A DNA stretch of 64,000 nucleotides from an uncultured delta proteobacterium (GTDB lineage Bacteria > Desulfobacterota > Binatia > Binatales > Binataceae), in the NCBI GenBank assembly GCA_963724765.1, contig CAVRVY010000003.1:352001-416000 (forward strand). Reading direction: 5' to 3'. The stretch's first letter is position 1. Each line of letters starts with the position of its first letter. Below, piece after piece: positions 30,947 through 40,367 of this stretch. A model generated the notes under the pieces. That model was not told where the DNA came from and searched no databases. It saw nothing but the letters and a program-made list of their open reading frames with translations. The position numbers were made by a program, and so were the translations under genes.

Positions 30947-31261
30947 TCAAAATGGGATGTCTTCGTCGTCGACTTTCTTGTCGCCGTCTTTCCTGTTCTC
31001 GTCCTGCTTGTTGGCACCTTCGGCCTTGGCGGCGGCAGGGTCGTAAGGCGTAGTCTTGAGCTCGCCCTGCGCGTTGCGCATCAGCAGTTCGACTTTGCGC
31101 TCGACCTCGTCGAGCTTCTGGTTGAGCGAGCGGACCAGGCCGACGCCGCGCTCGAAGGCGCCAATCGAATCCTCCAGCGAGAGCTCGCCGGAGTCGATTT
31201 GACCGACGATTCCCTCGAGATCCTTGAGCTCGTCTTCGAACTTTCTGCGGCTGGTGGCCAT
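30947..31261 (-). CDS. xseB: Exodeoxyribonuclease VII small subunit
   Basis: FE...LEGIV...GELSLEDSIGAFERG. Confidence 0.93.
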   Translation of the reverse strand: MATSRRKFEDELKDLEGIVGQIDSGELSLEDSIGAFERGVGLVRSLNQKLDEVERKVELLMRNAQGELKTTPYDPAAAKAEGANKQDENRKDGDKKVDDEDIPF

Positions 31262-31293
31262 CGCTTACCCTCGGGATGTAACGCGCGCGCGCC

Positions 31294-32781
31294 TCAGGTT
31301 TGGCGCGCGATGGTGCGAGCGCGCAAGCGGCCGCGGCTTAGCCGCAGGTCGAGTTCGTCGCCGACCTCGACCTCGGCGGCGTCGACCACGGCGCGGCCGT
31401 CGCGCAGGTTTATCGCCACGGCGTATCCGCGCTCGAGCACTTTTAGCGGCGAGATGGAGTCCAGGCGCGCCGCCAGCGCCGCCAGCTCGGCGCCGCGGCG
31501 ACCCCGCGCGCGTTCCATCGCCGCGCCCAGGCGTACCGCTGCGGCCGCGACGGCGGCCCGCCTGCGCTCGGCCATCGCGCGCGGCGCCGCCTCGCCCAAC
31601 CGCCCGGCCATCGCGTCGATACGCATCCGCATCCGCGCGACGCGCGCGTCCGTCGCCTGCGCCAGGTGAAGCGCGACGCGCTCCGCCCCGAGGCGCAGCG
31701 CGCGCACGAGCGCGCCGGGCGGCACCAGGTGCGCCGCCAGCGCACCGACGTGACGGCGGCGATCGCCAAGATGCGAGGCGAGCGCCGCGGCCAGCTCGGC
31801 CGCGGCTTCGTCCACGCGCTGGCGCGCCTGACGCAGCGCCGCACGCGGCTCGCGCAAGCGCGCGTTGAGCTGGCCGACGCGGTGGCGATGGTCCGACAGC
31901 GCGCTTACCACGGCGCCGTTGAGCGTCGCCGCGGTCTCGTCCAGGCGCCGGCGCAGCCCGGCCTTGTCCGGCACCACGAGCTGCGCGGCGGCGGTCGGCG
32001 TCGGCGCGCGCAGGTCGGCGACGAAATCGGCGATAGTGTAGTCGATTTCGTGGCCGACGGCCGAGATCACTGGAATTCGCGAGCGATGGATCGCGCGGGC
32101 GACCGTCTCTTCGTTAAACGCCCACAGGTCCTCCAGCGAGCCGCCGCCGCGCCCGACGATGAGCACTTCGGCGCGCGCGTCGGCGTTGAGGTCGTCGATC
32201 GCCTGCGTTATTTCGGCCGCCGCTCCCGCGCCCTGCACGCGCGCGGGCCGGATGATGAGCCGCACGTTGGGATAGCGCGCGAGCGCGACGGTGACGATGT
32301 CGCGCAGCGCCGCGCCGCCGAGCGCGGTCACGATTCCCACCACCGCAGGCAGAAACGGCAAGGCGCGCTTGCGCGCCTGGTCGAACAGCCCCTCGCGCCC
32401 CAGCCGCTCCTTTAGCTGCTCGAAGGCGAGCTGCAGCGCGCCGAGCCCCCGCGGCTCCATCTCCTCGGCATAGAACTGCAGCGCGCCGCGAGTTTCGTAG
32501 AGGTCGACCCGGCCACGCACCACGACCTGCATTCCGTCGCCGATCTTGAAACGCAGCCGCGCGGCCGCCGAGCGGAACATCACCACGCTGATCGCGCTTT
32601 GGGGATCCTTGAGGGTGAAGTAGAGATGGCCCGAGGAGGCGTGACGGGCATTGGATATTTCGCCCACCACCCAGCACTCATCGAGATTCGCTTCCAGCGT
32701 CTCGCGCACCATCCGCACCAGCTGCGTGACGTTGAGCGCCCGCACCTGGCCACGAAGCGAGAGTTCGAGCTGGCCGGCCAT
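31294..32781 (-). CDS. xseA: Exodeoxyribonuclease VII large subunit
   Basis: GEISN, SGHLYFTLKD, RGGGSLEDLWAFNEE, VGHEID, APTPTAAA, SPLKVLERGY. Confidence 0.96.
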   Translation of the reverse strand: MAGQLELSLRGQVRALNVTQLVRMVRETLEANLDECWVVGEISNARHASSGHLYFTLKDPQSAISVVMFRSAAARLRFKIGDGMQVVVRGRVDLYETRGALQFYAEEMEPRGLGALQLAFEQLKERLGREGLFDQARKRALPFLPAVVGIVTALGGAALRDIVTVALARYPNVRLIIRPARVQGAGAAAEITQAIDDLNADARAEVLIVGRGGGSLEDLWAFNEETVARAIHRSRIPVISAVGHEIDYTIADFVADLRAPTPTAAAQLVVPDKAGLRRRLDETAATLNGAVVSALSDHRHRVGQLNARLREPRAALRQARQRVDEAAAELAAALASHLGDRRRHVGALAAHLVPPGALVRALRLGAERVALHLAQATDARVARMRMRIDAMAGRLGEAAPRAMAERRRAAVAAAAVRLGAAMERARGRRGAELAALAARLDSISPLKVLERGYAVAINLRDGRAVVDAAEVEVGDELDLRLSRGRLRARTIARQT

Positions 32782-32953
32782 GCGGCCAACTTACCAGATG
32801 GACGCCGCCGAGCGTAAGGCGGGTTCGGCGATGGCGTCAGCGAGATAACGGCAAGACGACGGATGTATAGCGTGCAAAAGAACTCCGCCGCCCGCATTGC
32901 GTGCGGACGGCGGATTGTCAATCAGAATCTGACTTGGAATTGTCAGTGCGGCG

Positions 32954-34414
32954 TTACTGGCCCGAGCCGTCCGAGCCGGAGTCACCGCTGGGAGCGGTCG
33001 CCGCGGTCGGCGCCGCCTGGGGCGGCGGAAGGTCGTTGCGCGCAAGCTGAAGCTTGTAGCTGCGCCAGTTATCCAGTACCTGGATCGCGCGGTCGAGCTG
33101 GACGTCCTTCGGCTCCTTCGATGCGGCGGCCGCAGAAGTTTTGGGATGTCTCCCGGGCTCCGCACCTGGGGCAGTGCCGTCTTTGCCGGAGGGCGCATTC
33201 GGGGCCTTTAGGACGCCATTGTTCTTGAAGTGATGCAGCAGGTCGCTTTCGCGAATCTCGGTGTCCTCGTTGATAGTCGCGCCTTCCTGCTCAAGCGAAG
33301 CCAGCGTGGTCTTGGGCGGCTCGGAGGTCACGTCGGGCGTGATGCCGACGGCCTGGATCGAGCGGCCGTTGGGCGTGTAGTAGCGCGCCGTGGTCAGACG
33401 CAGGGCTGAGTGATCGTCGAGCGGCAAAATGGTCTGCACGGAGCCCTTGCCAAAGGTCTGGGTGCCGACGGTGATCGCGCGGCGCTGGTCCTGCAACGCG
33501 CCGGCGACGATTTCGCTCGCGCTCGCGCTACCGCCGTTGACCAGCACCACCATCGGGTAGTCCACGAAGTCCTTCTTGCGATGCGAGAAGTACTTCTGCT
33601 GCTGATTCTCCTGGCGGCCCTGGGTATAGACGATAAGTCCGCCGTCGAGGAATTCGTCGCCGACCTGCACGGCCTGGTTCAACAACCCGCCCGGGTTGTC
33701 GCGAAGGTCGAGCACGAGGCCCTTGATCTGGCCATTATGCTTCGCGCGGAATTTGTCCAGCGCCTTCTGCAAGTCGTCGCCGGTGCCTTCTTCGAAACTG
33801 CTGACGCGCACGTAGTCGTAACCGTGGCGCAGATCCATGGCCTTGACCGACTTTATCTTGATCACCTCGCGGGTCACGGTCACCGTGAACAGCTCGGGCA
33901 CGCCCTTGCGATGGATGGTCAGATGGATCTTGCTGCCCTGCGGCCCGCGCATCCGCTTGACCGCGTCGGTCAGCGTCATGCCCTTGGTAAAGTCGTCATT
34001 GATCTTGACGATCTGGTCGCCCGCCTTGACCCCGGCCTTGTAGGCGGGAGTGTCCTCGATCGGCGAAACGACGGTCAGCATGTCGTCCTTGACGGTAACT
34101 TCGAGACCCAGCCCACCGAAGCTGCCGCGGGTTTCGACCTCAAGGTCACGGTACAGGTCCGGCGTGAGGTAGGCGCTGTGCGGGTCGAGCGAGGCCAGCA
34201 TCCCGGTTATCGCGCCGTTGATGAGCTGCTTGGTGGTGACCGGCTCTACGTAGTTTTTTTGTACGATCGCGAGCACGTTGGCGAAGGTCGCCAGTTCCTT
34301 GTACGTATCGTCGGGTAGCGCGTCGGCACGCCGCACCGCGATTTCCGCCAGCAGGACCAGGATCGCTACCGCGCATACGCCAGCGACCAGAAAGGGTGAA
34401 CGATTGCGTTTCAT
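32954..34414 (-). CDS. ctpA: Carboxyl-terminal processing protease (S41, PDZ)
   Basis: LDPHS, DLRDNPGGLL, SASASEIVAGALQD, TFGKGSVQ. Confidence 0.93.
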   Translation of the reverse strand: MKRNRSPFLVAGVCAVAILVLLAEIAVRRADALPDDTYKELATFANVLAIVQKNYVEPVTTKQLINGAITGMLASLDPHSAYLTPDLYRDLEVETRGSFGGLGLEVTVKDDMLTVVSPIEDTPAYKAGVKAGDQIVKINDDFTKGMTLTDAVKRMRGPQGSKIHLTIHRKGVPELFTVTVTREVIKIKSVKAMDLRHGYDYVRVSSFEEGTGDDLQKALDKFRAKHNGQIKGLVLDLRDNPGGLLNQAVQVGDEFLDGGLIVYTQGRQENQQQKYFSHRKKDFVDYPMVVLVNGGSASASEIVAGALQDQRRAITVGTQTFGKGSVQTILPLDDHSALRLTTARYYTPNGRSIQAVGITPDVTSEPPKTTLASLEQEGATINEDTEIRESDLLHHFKNNGVLKAPNAPSGKDGTAPGAEPGRHPKTSAAAASKEPKDVQLDRAIQVLDNWRSYKLQLARNDLPPPQAAPTAATAPSGDSGSDGSGQ

Positions 34415-34566
34415 TACTTGCTCGCAGCTGGAACCCGCCATGGTAAGCGCGCGGGTTGCCTAGTAAGCATATTCTTTACGCACTGCAGACGCCACTGCCC
34501 TCGCGCGCAGATAGTGTCTCTTAATGGCATCATAGGGTACCTTGCGTCTCATGCGCCGCTTTCGCC

Positions 34567-35172
34567 TCATCCCTTGCTGTTGTCCTTGAGCAATTCTTCC
34601 AGCGCGTCGCGAATCGCGGGCTGCGACCAATCAAACGCGCCCGAGTGATGGGCGACAATACGGCCCTGGCGATCGATTATGAAGGTTTCGGGAACCCCGC
34701 TCACCTTGTAGGCCTCAGCGACCGCGTTCTTCGGATCGAGCAGCACGTCGAAATGGTAGCCGTGCTTTTTGATGTAAGCCACGACCTCGTCGCGGCTGCT
34801 GGTGTCCTGGCTGACCGCCAGCATCACGAAATCCCTGTCACCGTGGAGCCGCTCGTAGAGCTTTTCCATCGAGGGCATCTCTTCACGGCACGGCGCGCAC
34901 CAGGTCGCCCAGATATTAAGGAACACAACCTTGCCGTGCAGGTCGGCCATCGAAACCGAATCGCCGCGCAAATCCGTCAATGTGAACGCCGCGGCCTTTT
35001 CGCCCGCCGCCACTGGTCCGTGTTCGTCAAGACCCGAACCCCTGGTGGTCTCCTCCGCAGGTAGCGGCGCTGGAGGGGCCGACCGCCGAATCTGCGAGGC
35101 CGCGACCAGTAACACGCCTACCAGCAGCGCCGCGCCAGCGATCGTGGAAAGCAGCTTTACCCGAGGAGCCAT
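34567..35172 (-). CDS. TlpA/ResA thiol-disulfide oxidoreductase
   Basis: [22 protein letters not shown]; N-terminal anchor. Confidence 0.92.
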   Translation of the reverse strand: MAPRVKLLSTIAGAALLVGVLLVAASQIRRSAPPAPLPAEETTRGSGLDEHGPVAAGEKAAAFTLTDLRGDSVSMADLHGKVVFLNIWATWCAPCREEMPSMEKLYERLHGDRDFVMLAVSQDTSSRDEVVAYIKKHGYHFDVLLDPKNAVAEAYKVSGVPETFIIDRQGRIVAHHSGAFDWSQPAIRDALEELLKDNSKG

Positions 35173-35185
35173 CCTGACGCCTGCG

Positions 35186-36082
35186 CTACGCCCCCGCCGC
35201 CGCTTTAGCTTCAGGACGGCTATGCGGTGCCGGCTCCTCGCGCGTCCATCCGGAAAACAGGCCGCCGGTCAGATGCAGCGCAACGACTCCGGTCACCACC
35301 ATCACCAGCCCGATGAGCTGAGCCTCGCTCAGCCCCCACAGCACACGCGGGTTGATCCGCAGGAACTCGACCATGAAGCGGCAACCGCCCAGAAGCACCA
35401 GGTAGAGGTAGAAGATGCGGCCTTCGGTGCCGGCCCGCCGGCGCATCGACCACAGGATGATAAACACTATCGTGTAGAGAACGGCTTCATAGATGGGCGT
35501 CGGATGCACTCTGACGCCGGGGAAAAATCCCGACACCAGGTTGCCATGAGGGCCCAGCTTGAGGACGGTCTCCGGTCCCCAGCCCACGATCGCTTTGGGG
35601 TAAGCAACCGCCCACGGCAGCGTCGAGGGCGCGCCCCAGTCGCCGTCGCCCGACAGATGGCATCCGATACGTCCGAGCGCCTGTCCAATCGCCAGCGCCG
35701 GCCCGCACATGTCGGCTGTCGCGCCGACCGAGACCTTGTAATAGCGCGCGACGAGGCAGGCGGCCGTTACACCGCCGATAAAGCCGCCGAACCAGACGAA
35801 GCCCGAGCCCGACCATATGATCGAAATCGGATGGGCCATGTAGAGCTGCCACTCGTCGAGAACGTCGTACAGGCGGGCGCCGATAAGTCCCCCAAGCGCG
35901 CCCCACAACACGACGGCGGTGGCATACTCGGAGTCGATGCCGCGGCGGGGACAATCGGCGGCGATCACGAGGTCGGCCGCGATAAAGCCGAGCGCCATCA
36001 TCAGACCGTAGCTGTAGATGGTGAGCGACAGCGGATGGCCGAACAGATAGAAGGGTCCCAGACGCAACAGAATCGGAATCAT
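35186..36082 (-). CDS. lgt: Prolipoprotein diacylglyceryl transferase
   Basis: [28 protein letters not shown]. Confidence 0.9.
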   Translation of the reverse strand: MIPILLRLGPFYLFGHPLSLTIYSYGLMMALGFIAADLVIAADCPRRGIDSEYATAVVLWGALGGLIGARLYDVLDEWQLYMAHPISIIWSGSGFVWFGGFIGGVTAACLVARYYKVSVGATADMCGPALAIGQALGRIGCHLSGDGDWGAPSTLPWAVAYPKAIVGWGPETVLKLGPHGNLVSGFFPGVRVHPTPIYEAVLYTIVFIILWSMRRRAGTEGRIFYLYLVLLGGCRFMVEFLRINPRVLWGLSEAQLIGLVMVVTGVVALHLTGGLFSGWTREEPAPHSRPEAKAAAGA

Positions 36083-36207
36083 TGCACCGACAACTATAGT
36101 ACGGAGCGAAGCCCGCAAACCAGACAGGCTCCGAGGTGCGGTTCCTTATCAGCCCTCGCGCCGCCCTTTTTCACCAACTCTCTCGGCACCGCTGTTTTTC
36201 TTCCCCG

Positions 36208-36255
36208 TTCTTTTTATGCCCTCGCCCGCGATAGGGAGAGGGCCATAAAAAAGAT
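36208..36255. repeat. Inverted repeat (CCCTCnCCC...GGGAGAGGG REP-like hairpin)
   Basis: tctttttatgccctcgccc-gcgata-gggagagggccataaaaaaga in the lgt/dtd divergent gap. Confidence 0.6.
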
Positions 36256-36355
36256 TGCGGACAGAAAGGAAGCGCGCACCGCGATTTCTTTCGAGTGTGT
36301 CGTGCGGTGCTGCGCGCTTTGCGTAAGGATCGCCATCGGTATATATGACGCCGGG

Positions 36356-36802
36356 ATGCGAGCGGTTGTTCAACGCGTGAGCCGGGCCGAAGTCGGCGTC
36401 GGCGGCAAATGCCTCGGCCGAATCGGTCTGGGCTTCGCCGTGCTCCTCGGCGTCGCGCGCGAGGACACCGAAGCCGACGCGGAATTCCTCGCCGACCGCA
36501 TCCTGGGCCTGCGCGTGTTCGCCGACCCAGCGGGCAAGATGAACCTGGCGCTGGACACGGTCGGCGGCGAGTTGCTGGTGATTTCGCAATTCACGCTGCT
36601 CGCCGACACCAGCGGCGGACGGCGCCCGTCGTTCATCAAGGCGGCGCCGCCCGAACTCGCCGAGCCGTTGTACGAGCATTTCCTGTCGCTCGTGCGCACT
36701 CGCGGTGTTAAGGTTGAGACGGGCGAGTTCGGCGCCCACATGGAGCTGGCGCTGGTCAATGACGGGCCGGTGACGATTATTCTGGATAGCCGGGTGCGTT
36801 GA
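36356..36802 (+). CDS. dtd: D-aminoacyl-tRNA deacylase
   Basis: [25 protein letters not shown]. The true start lies inside the 34931 shadow ORF. Confidence 0.96.
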   Translation: MRAVVQRVSRAEVGVGGKCLGRIGLGFAVLLGVAREDTEADAEFLADRILGLRVFADPAGKMNLALDTVGGELLVISQFTLLADTSGGRRPSFIKAAPPELAEPLYEHFLSLVRTRGVKVETGEFGAHMELALVNDGPVTIILDSRVR

Positions 36803-36803
36803 G

Positions 36804-37286
36804 ATGGCACGGGCAGGTTTTTACGCCGTCGAGTCGGGCAAAATCTCTTTTCGCCGCGACGGCAACTGGTATAGCGACGACGAGCGTATCGATAACCCGC
36901 GTATCGCGCTGCTGTTCAGCCGCAGCATCCGGCAAAACCCCGACGGCAGCTACTATCTCCAGGTCGCCGAGGAGCGCGCCCCGATTACCGTCGAGGACAC
37001 GCCCTACGTGGTCAAGGCGATCGACGGCGACGCGCACGGCGGCTTTACCGTAGTGCTCAACGACGAGGAACGCGAGGAGCTTGACCCGGCCACGCTCGAG
37101 GTCGGGCCCGACAACGTGCTTTATTGCCGGGTCAAGGGCGGCGCCTCGCGCGCGCGCTTCCTGCGCAACGCCTATTACCATCTGAGCCCCAGCTTCGAGG
37201 CCGACGCGCGCGGCGGCTTCTCGATCTCGACGCGCGGCCGGCGCTATCCGCTTTTGCGCGCGGGCTTTGCGGGCACGAACCATTGA
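36804..37286 (+). CDS. DUF1285 family protein
   Basis: DGNWY...I...LF, ITVEDTPY, YCRVKGG...ARFLRNAYY. Confidence 0.78.
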   Translation: MARAGFYAVESGKISFRRDGNWYSDDERIDNPRIALLFSRSIRQNPDGSYYLQVAEERAPITVEDTPYVVKAIDGDAHGGFTVVLNDEEREELDPATLEVGPDNVLYCRVKGGASRARFLRNAYYHLSPSFEADARGGFSISTRGRRYPLLRAGFAGTNH

Positions 37287-37333
37287 GTCCGTCGCGCGGT
37301 CCGCAGTCCGCGATTCGGTACCCGCGCGATCCG

Positions 37334-37846
37334 ATGGCCGATTTGACCATCCCGATCTTTCATATCGTGCTGGTGCGGCCCGAGATTCCGCAGAACACGG
37401 GATCGATCGCGCGGCTGGTGGCGGCAACGCGCGCGCGGCTGCATCTGGTCGGCCCGCTCGGTTTCTCGCTCGAGGACCGATATCTCAAGCGCGCCGGACT
37501 CGACTATTGGCCCCTGGTCGATCTGAAGACTTATCCCGGATGGGACGATTTTGCGCCGCCCGAGTATCTGCAACCAGACCGGCCATCCACCGAGCGCGAG
37601 CCGCGCCTGAAGTATTTCTCGGCGCGCGCGAAGAAGTCATACCTGGAGGCCGATTTCGCGCCGGGCGACTTCCTGGTGTTTGGCAGCGAGACCAAGGGGC
37701 TGGGCGAGGAATTTCTGCGCGCGCGGATGGAGGCGACATACAAAATTCCGATCTTCGAGCCCGGTGTGCGCAGTCTCAACCTGGCCAACGCCGTGTCGAT
37801 CGTGCTCTATGAAGCGCTCCGCCAGACCGGCCGGCTTATCGAATAG
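37334..37846 (+). CDS. trmL: tRNA (cytidine(34)-2'-O)-methyltransferase
   Basis: PEIPQNTG, RAGLDYW, FGSETKGL, RSLNLAN. Confidence 0.94.
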   Translation: MADLTIPIFHIVLVRPEIPQNTGSIARLVAATRARLHLVGPLGFSLEDRYLKRAGLDYWPLVDLKTYPGWDDFAPPEYLQPDRPSTEREPRLKYFSARAKKSYLEADFAPGDFLVFGSETKGLGEEFLRARMEATYKIPIFEPGVRSLNLANAVSIVLYEALRQTGRLIE

Positions 37847-38312
37847 CCGCCGGAGCGCCGGGCGCGCGAATTCCGGTGTCGACCCAGATGTCGAGCCGCG
37901 TCTCGCCACCGGGGCTTATCGTCACCATCGCGGGCAAATTCCTGGCCGCGCCTGAAAATCCGCCGCCCCGCTCAACCCGGTAGTCGCCCGGCGGCAGGGC
38001 CAGACGATAAAGCCCACCGGCGTCAGCGCGGGCTGTCGCTACCATGGCGCCTTTGGAATCGAAGATCTTAAGCTCCGCGCCGGCCGCGCGCGCGGACGGT
38101 GGCGCCGTGATGCCGGGGCCGCTGACCGGAGACGTCGGTCCGCGCGTGATTCGTCCGGTCAAAGTGCCATAGGACGCCGCTGTCCCATTCGAACGGCCGG
38201 CGGCACTTGCGGACCTGCCGTCGCCCCGTGTGCAGCCCGCAATTGCAAGTGCGACCGCCACCACCACGCAAAGCAGTAGCTCGCGGGCGCAAATCGAAGT
38301 GATCGCCTCCAT
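37836..38312 (-). CDS. Lipoprotein with carboxypeptidase-regulatory-like (prealbumin-like) domain
   Basis: Lipobox IAGC; GTLTGRITRGPTSPV; ADAGGLYRLALPPGDYRV; DTGIR. Fused to the upstream gene in the ORF track only through a frameshift. Confidence 0.7.
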   Translation of the reverse strand: MEAITSICARELLLCVVVAVALAIAGCTRGDGRSASAAGRSNGTAASYGTLTGRITRGPTSPVSGPGITAPPSARAAGAELKIFDSKGAMVATARADAGGLYRLALPPGDYRVERGGGFSGAARNLPAMVTISPGGETRLDIWVDTGIRAPGAPAAIR

Positions 38313-38373
38313 GCGCACGAGCCTATCGCATCGAGACCATGACTGCCCGCGCGCGGCGCGTCGAGTAGCGTGG

Positions 38374-40170
38374 CTACGGCTGGACCGGGCTGCTGAAGCG
38401 TTATGGCCGATCGCGGTGCGATAGAAGGCGGCGCTTTTCGACGACTCGCCGGCGAACCAGAATGACGCCTGTGTTCCCGGCGTCAGATCGAGCGAGGCCG
38501 CCGTGTAGTCGCCCCAGCGATTAATATTGTTGCTATCGAGAAGTACATACGTGGCCAGGCCACTCTGGAGGAAAAAGCCGCTGTCGTGCATCGTGCCCAG
38601 CGCCTCGGTCGCGCGGTTGGTCGCGTAGGCCGACGAAGGAAAGGTGCCGTCGTCGGAGTAGTTGAATACCACCAGCACGTTGCCCTCGGGGTCGGGTTGG
38701 ACCTCAGGATAAAACGTCGCGCCGGTGCCGTCGCCCTGGCCGGAGGCGCAGGCCCAGCAGACCTCGTTCAGGATGCTGGCGCCGACGATTTGCGGACATT
38801 TGTTCAGGTAACTGCCCGTGCACTCGTTATCGTTGTCGTTGAGCACCGGCCGTATCTGGAACCAAAGAAAATGCGAGGCTCCGGCGCCCGCGCCAGTGCC
38901 GTTGGTGTCGAGCGCCGCGTAGAGCGACCCCGACGCATAAATCACCTCGCCCGGGACGCGGGTATCGGCCGGTATCGATGAGACAGTCGCCGAGGGCGCA
39001 TTGGGGCTGCTGTGCGCCCGGGGGAAGAGAATAGGTGTCAGAGGTGGTTACCAGGACTTGCGAGACTTCCGGCCCAGGGTCGGCGGGGTTGGTGCTAAAG
39101 ACCGGATTCGATATCGCAAAGATCGCCACGTCGGAGCATCCGGTGGCGCAACCGTAGCCGCCGGCGGCGTTGATGTTGTGCGAGGTGACGACGAACTCGG
39201 CGCGCGGGTTATCGGTGCGATCCATCACGTTGGCCGGCTGCAGCGAGTCCATCACTTCGTTTGTACCAAGCGTGAAAAAGTTCGGCGTCAGGGCGAAAAA
39301 GTTGAAGGTCGCGCCGGCGTACATCGCGCTCTTGTTCAGCAGCAGCATGAAGGCGCCGTTGAAGATGTCGGCGGGTACCGTGAAAGCGTTGAAGCCCAGG
39401 TAAATTATCCGGCGGTCCTGCCCCAGCGTGGGAAAATCCGCGATTTGACTGGTTGATAGAAGCGGGGTCGCGCCGGCGGTCAAGTTGAAATGGTAGATGA
39501 ACCATCCGCCCAGCGGACTGGAGGACTGGCTCACCGCCACGTCAAGGAACGGCGCTCCCGCCGCGCTGATATGCGCGGCCGACACGATGTAGCGCTGGCT
39601 GGCCCAATCGAAGAGCGCGCGCGGATCGAAGGGCGGCTGCTGCGCTTGGCGCCCACCAGCATGAAAGAGGCAAGGCTCTTGGGGAAACCAGCCTGCCCGC
39701 TGCCGTTCTTATCGAACACGCTCACGCAGCCATTGATCACCTGCAGCACAAAACTCGGCCCGGCCGCCAGCGCCATATCGGGCGGGATCTCATGCCCGCA
39801 ACCTAATCCGAGGCCGCCGAAGGCCGTGATCTTCGTCGCCGCCGGACCGGGGGCTGGCGTCGGCGCGGGGCTCGCCACGAGGAGCGGCTGCGCGGCGGCG
39901 CGTGAGGGCGTCGCGAGCTTAACGGTCGTGGACCGCGCCTTTAGCGCTGCGTATTGCTGGATCGAAATTCCATACCGTCGTGGACGGGTCGCGGGAGTCA
40001 CCACCGCCTCCTGCTCGGTCATTTGCGGCAGGTCGCCCAGCACCACGACATCCGGCGCACCCTGGCTGACCGCTACCGCGCGCTTTGCGGACTGCTGAGC
40101 GCGTGCGGCCGGCGAGGTCAAAACGAATGCAACTGCGAAGATGGCGGCGAGACCGTAATACCGAGTTCAT
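38374..40170 (-). pseudogene. Secreted 'PPD...RWGDY' family protein, split by about four frameshifts
   Basis: GGAGG RBS + ATG 40170. Pieces joined across frames: signal peptide, IPPDMALAAGPSFVLQVIN, FDPRALFD, DFPTLGQD, LPPGAQQP, DTG, RWGDY. Shifts near 40165, 39640, 38965 and 38398. Confidence 0.78.
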
Positions 40171-40310
40171 CGATCCTCCAATACGCAGAATGGGGGCTTA
40201 AAGATCGACAACGCAGTAACCTTTGTAAGCGCGTGTGGTGGAGCAATCAACCGGGCTGTGTCACTTCGAAGCCTTAGCGAGCGGATCTTGAGCGCCGTAC
40301 TGACCGCAAC

Positions 40311-40342
40311 AAAAAAGCGGGGCCGGAACACTCCGGCCCCGC
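40311..40342 (-). terminator. Rho-independent terminator
   Basis: GCGGGGCCGGA-GTGT-TCCGGCCCCGC-TTTTTT just after the 40368 stop. Confidence 0.9.
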
Positions 40343-40367
40343 CGTTAATTACAGCGGCAGACTCCCC

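Noticed and set aside
34931-36355. 623-aa extended Dtd fusion
   Set aside because: Antisense shadow of lgt/tlpA; Dtd starts at 36356.
37836-38945. RWGDY domain fused to a lipoprotein
   Set aside because: An apparent frameshift near 38398 bypasses the TAG at 38374, and the downstream part has its own signal peptide and lipobox.
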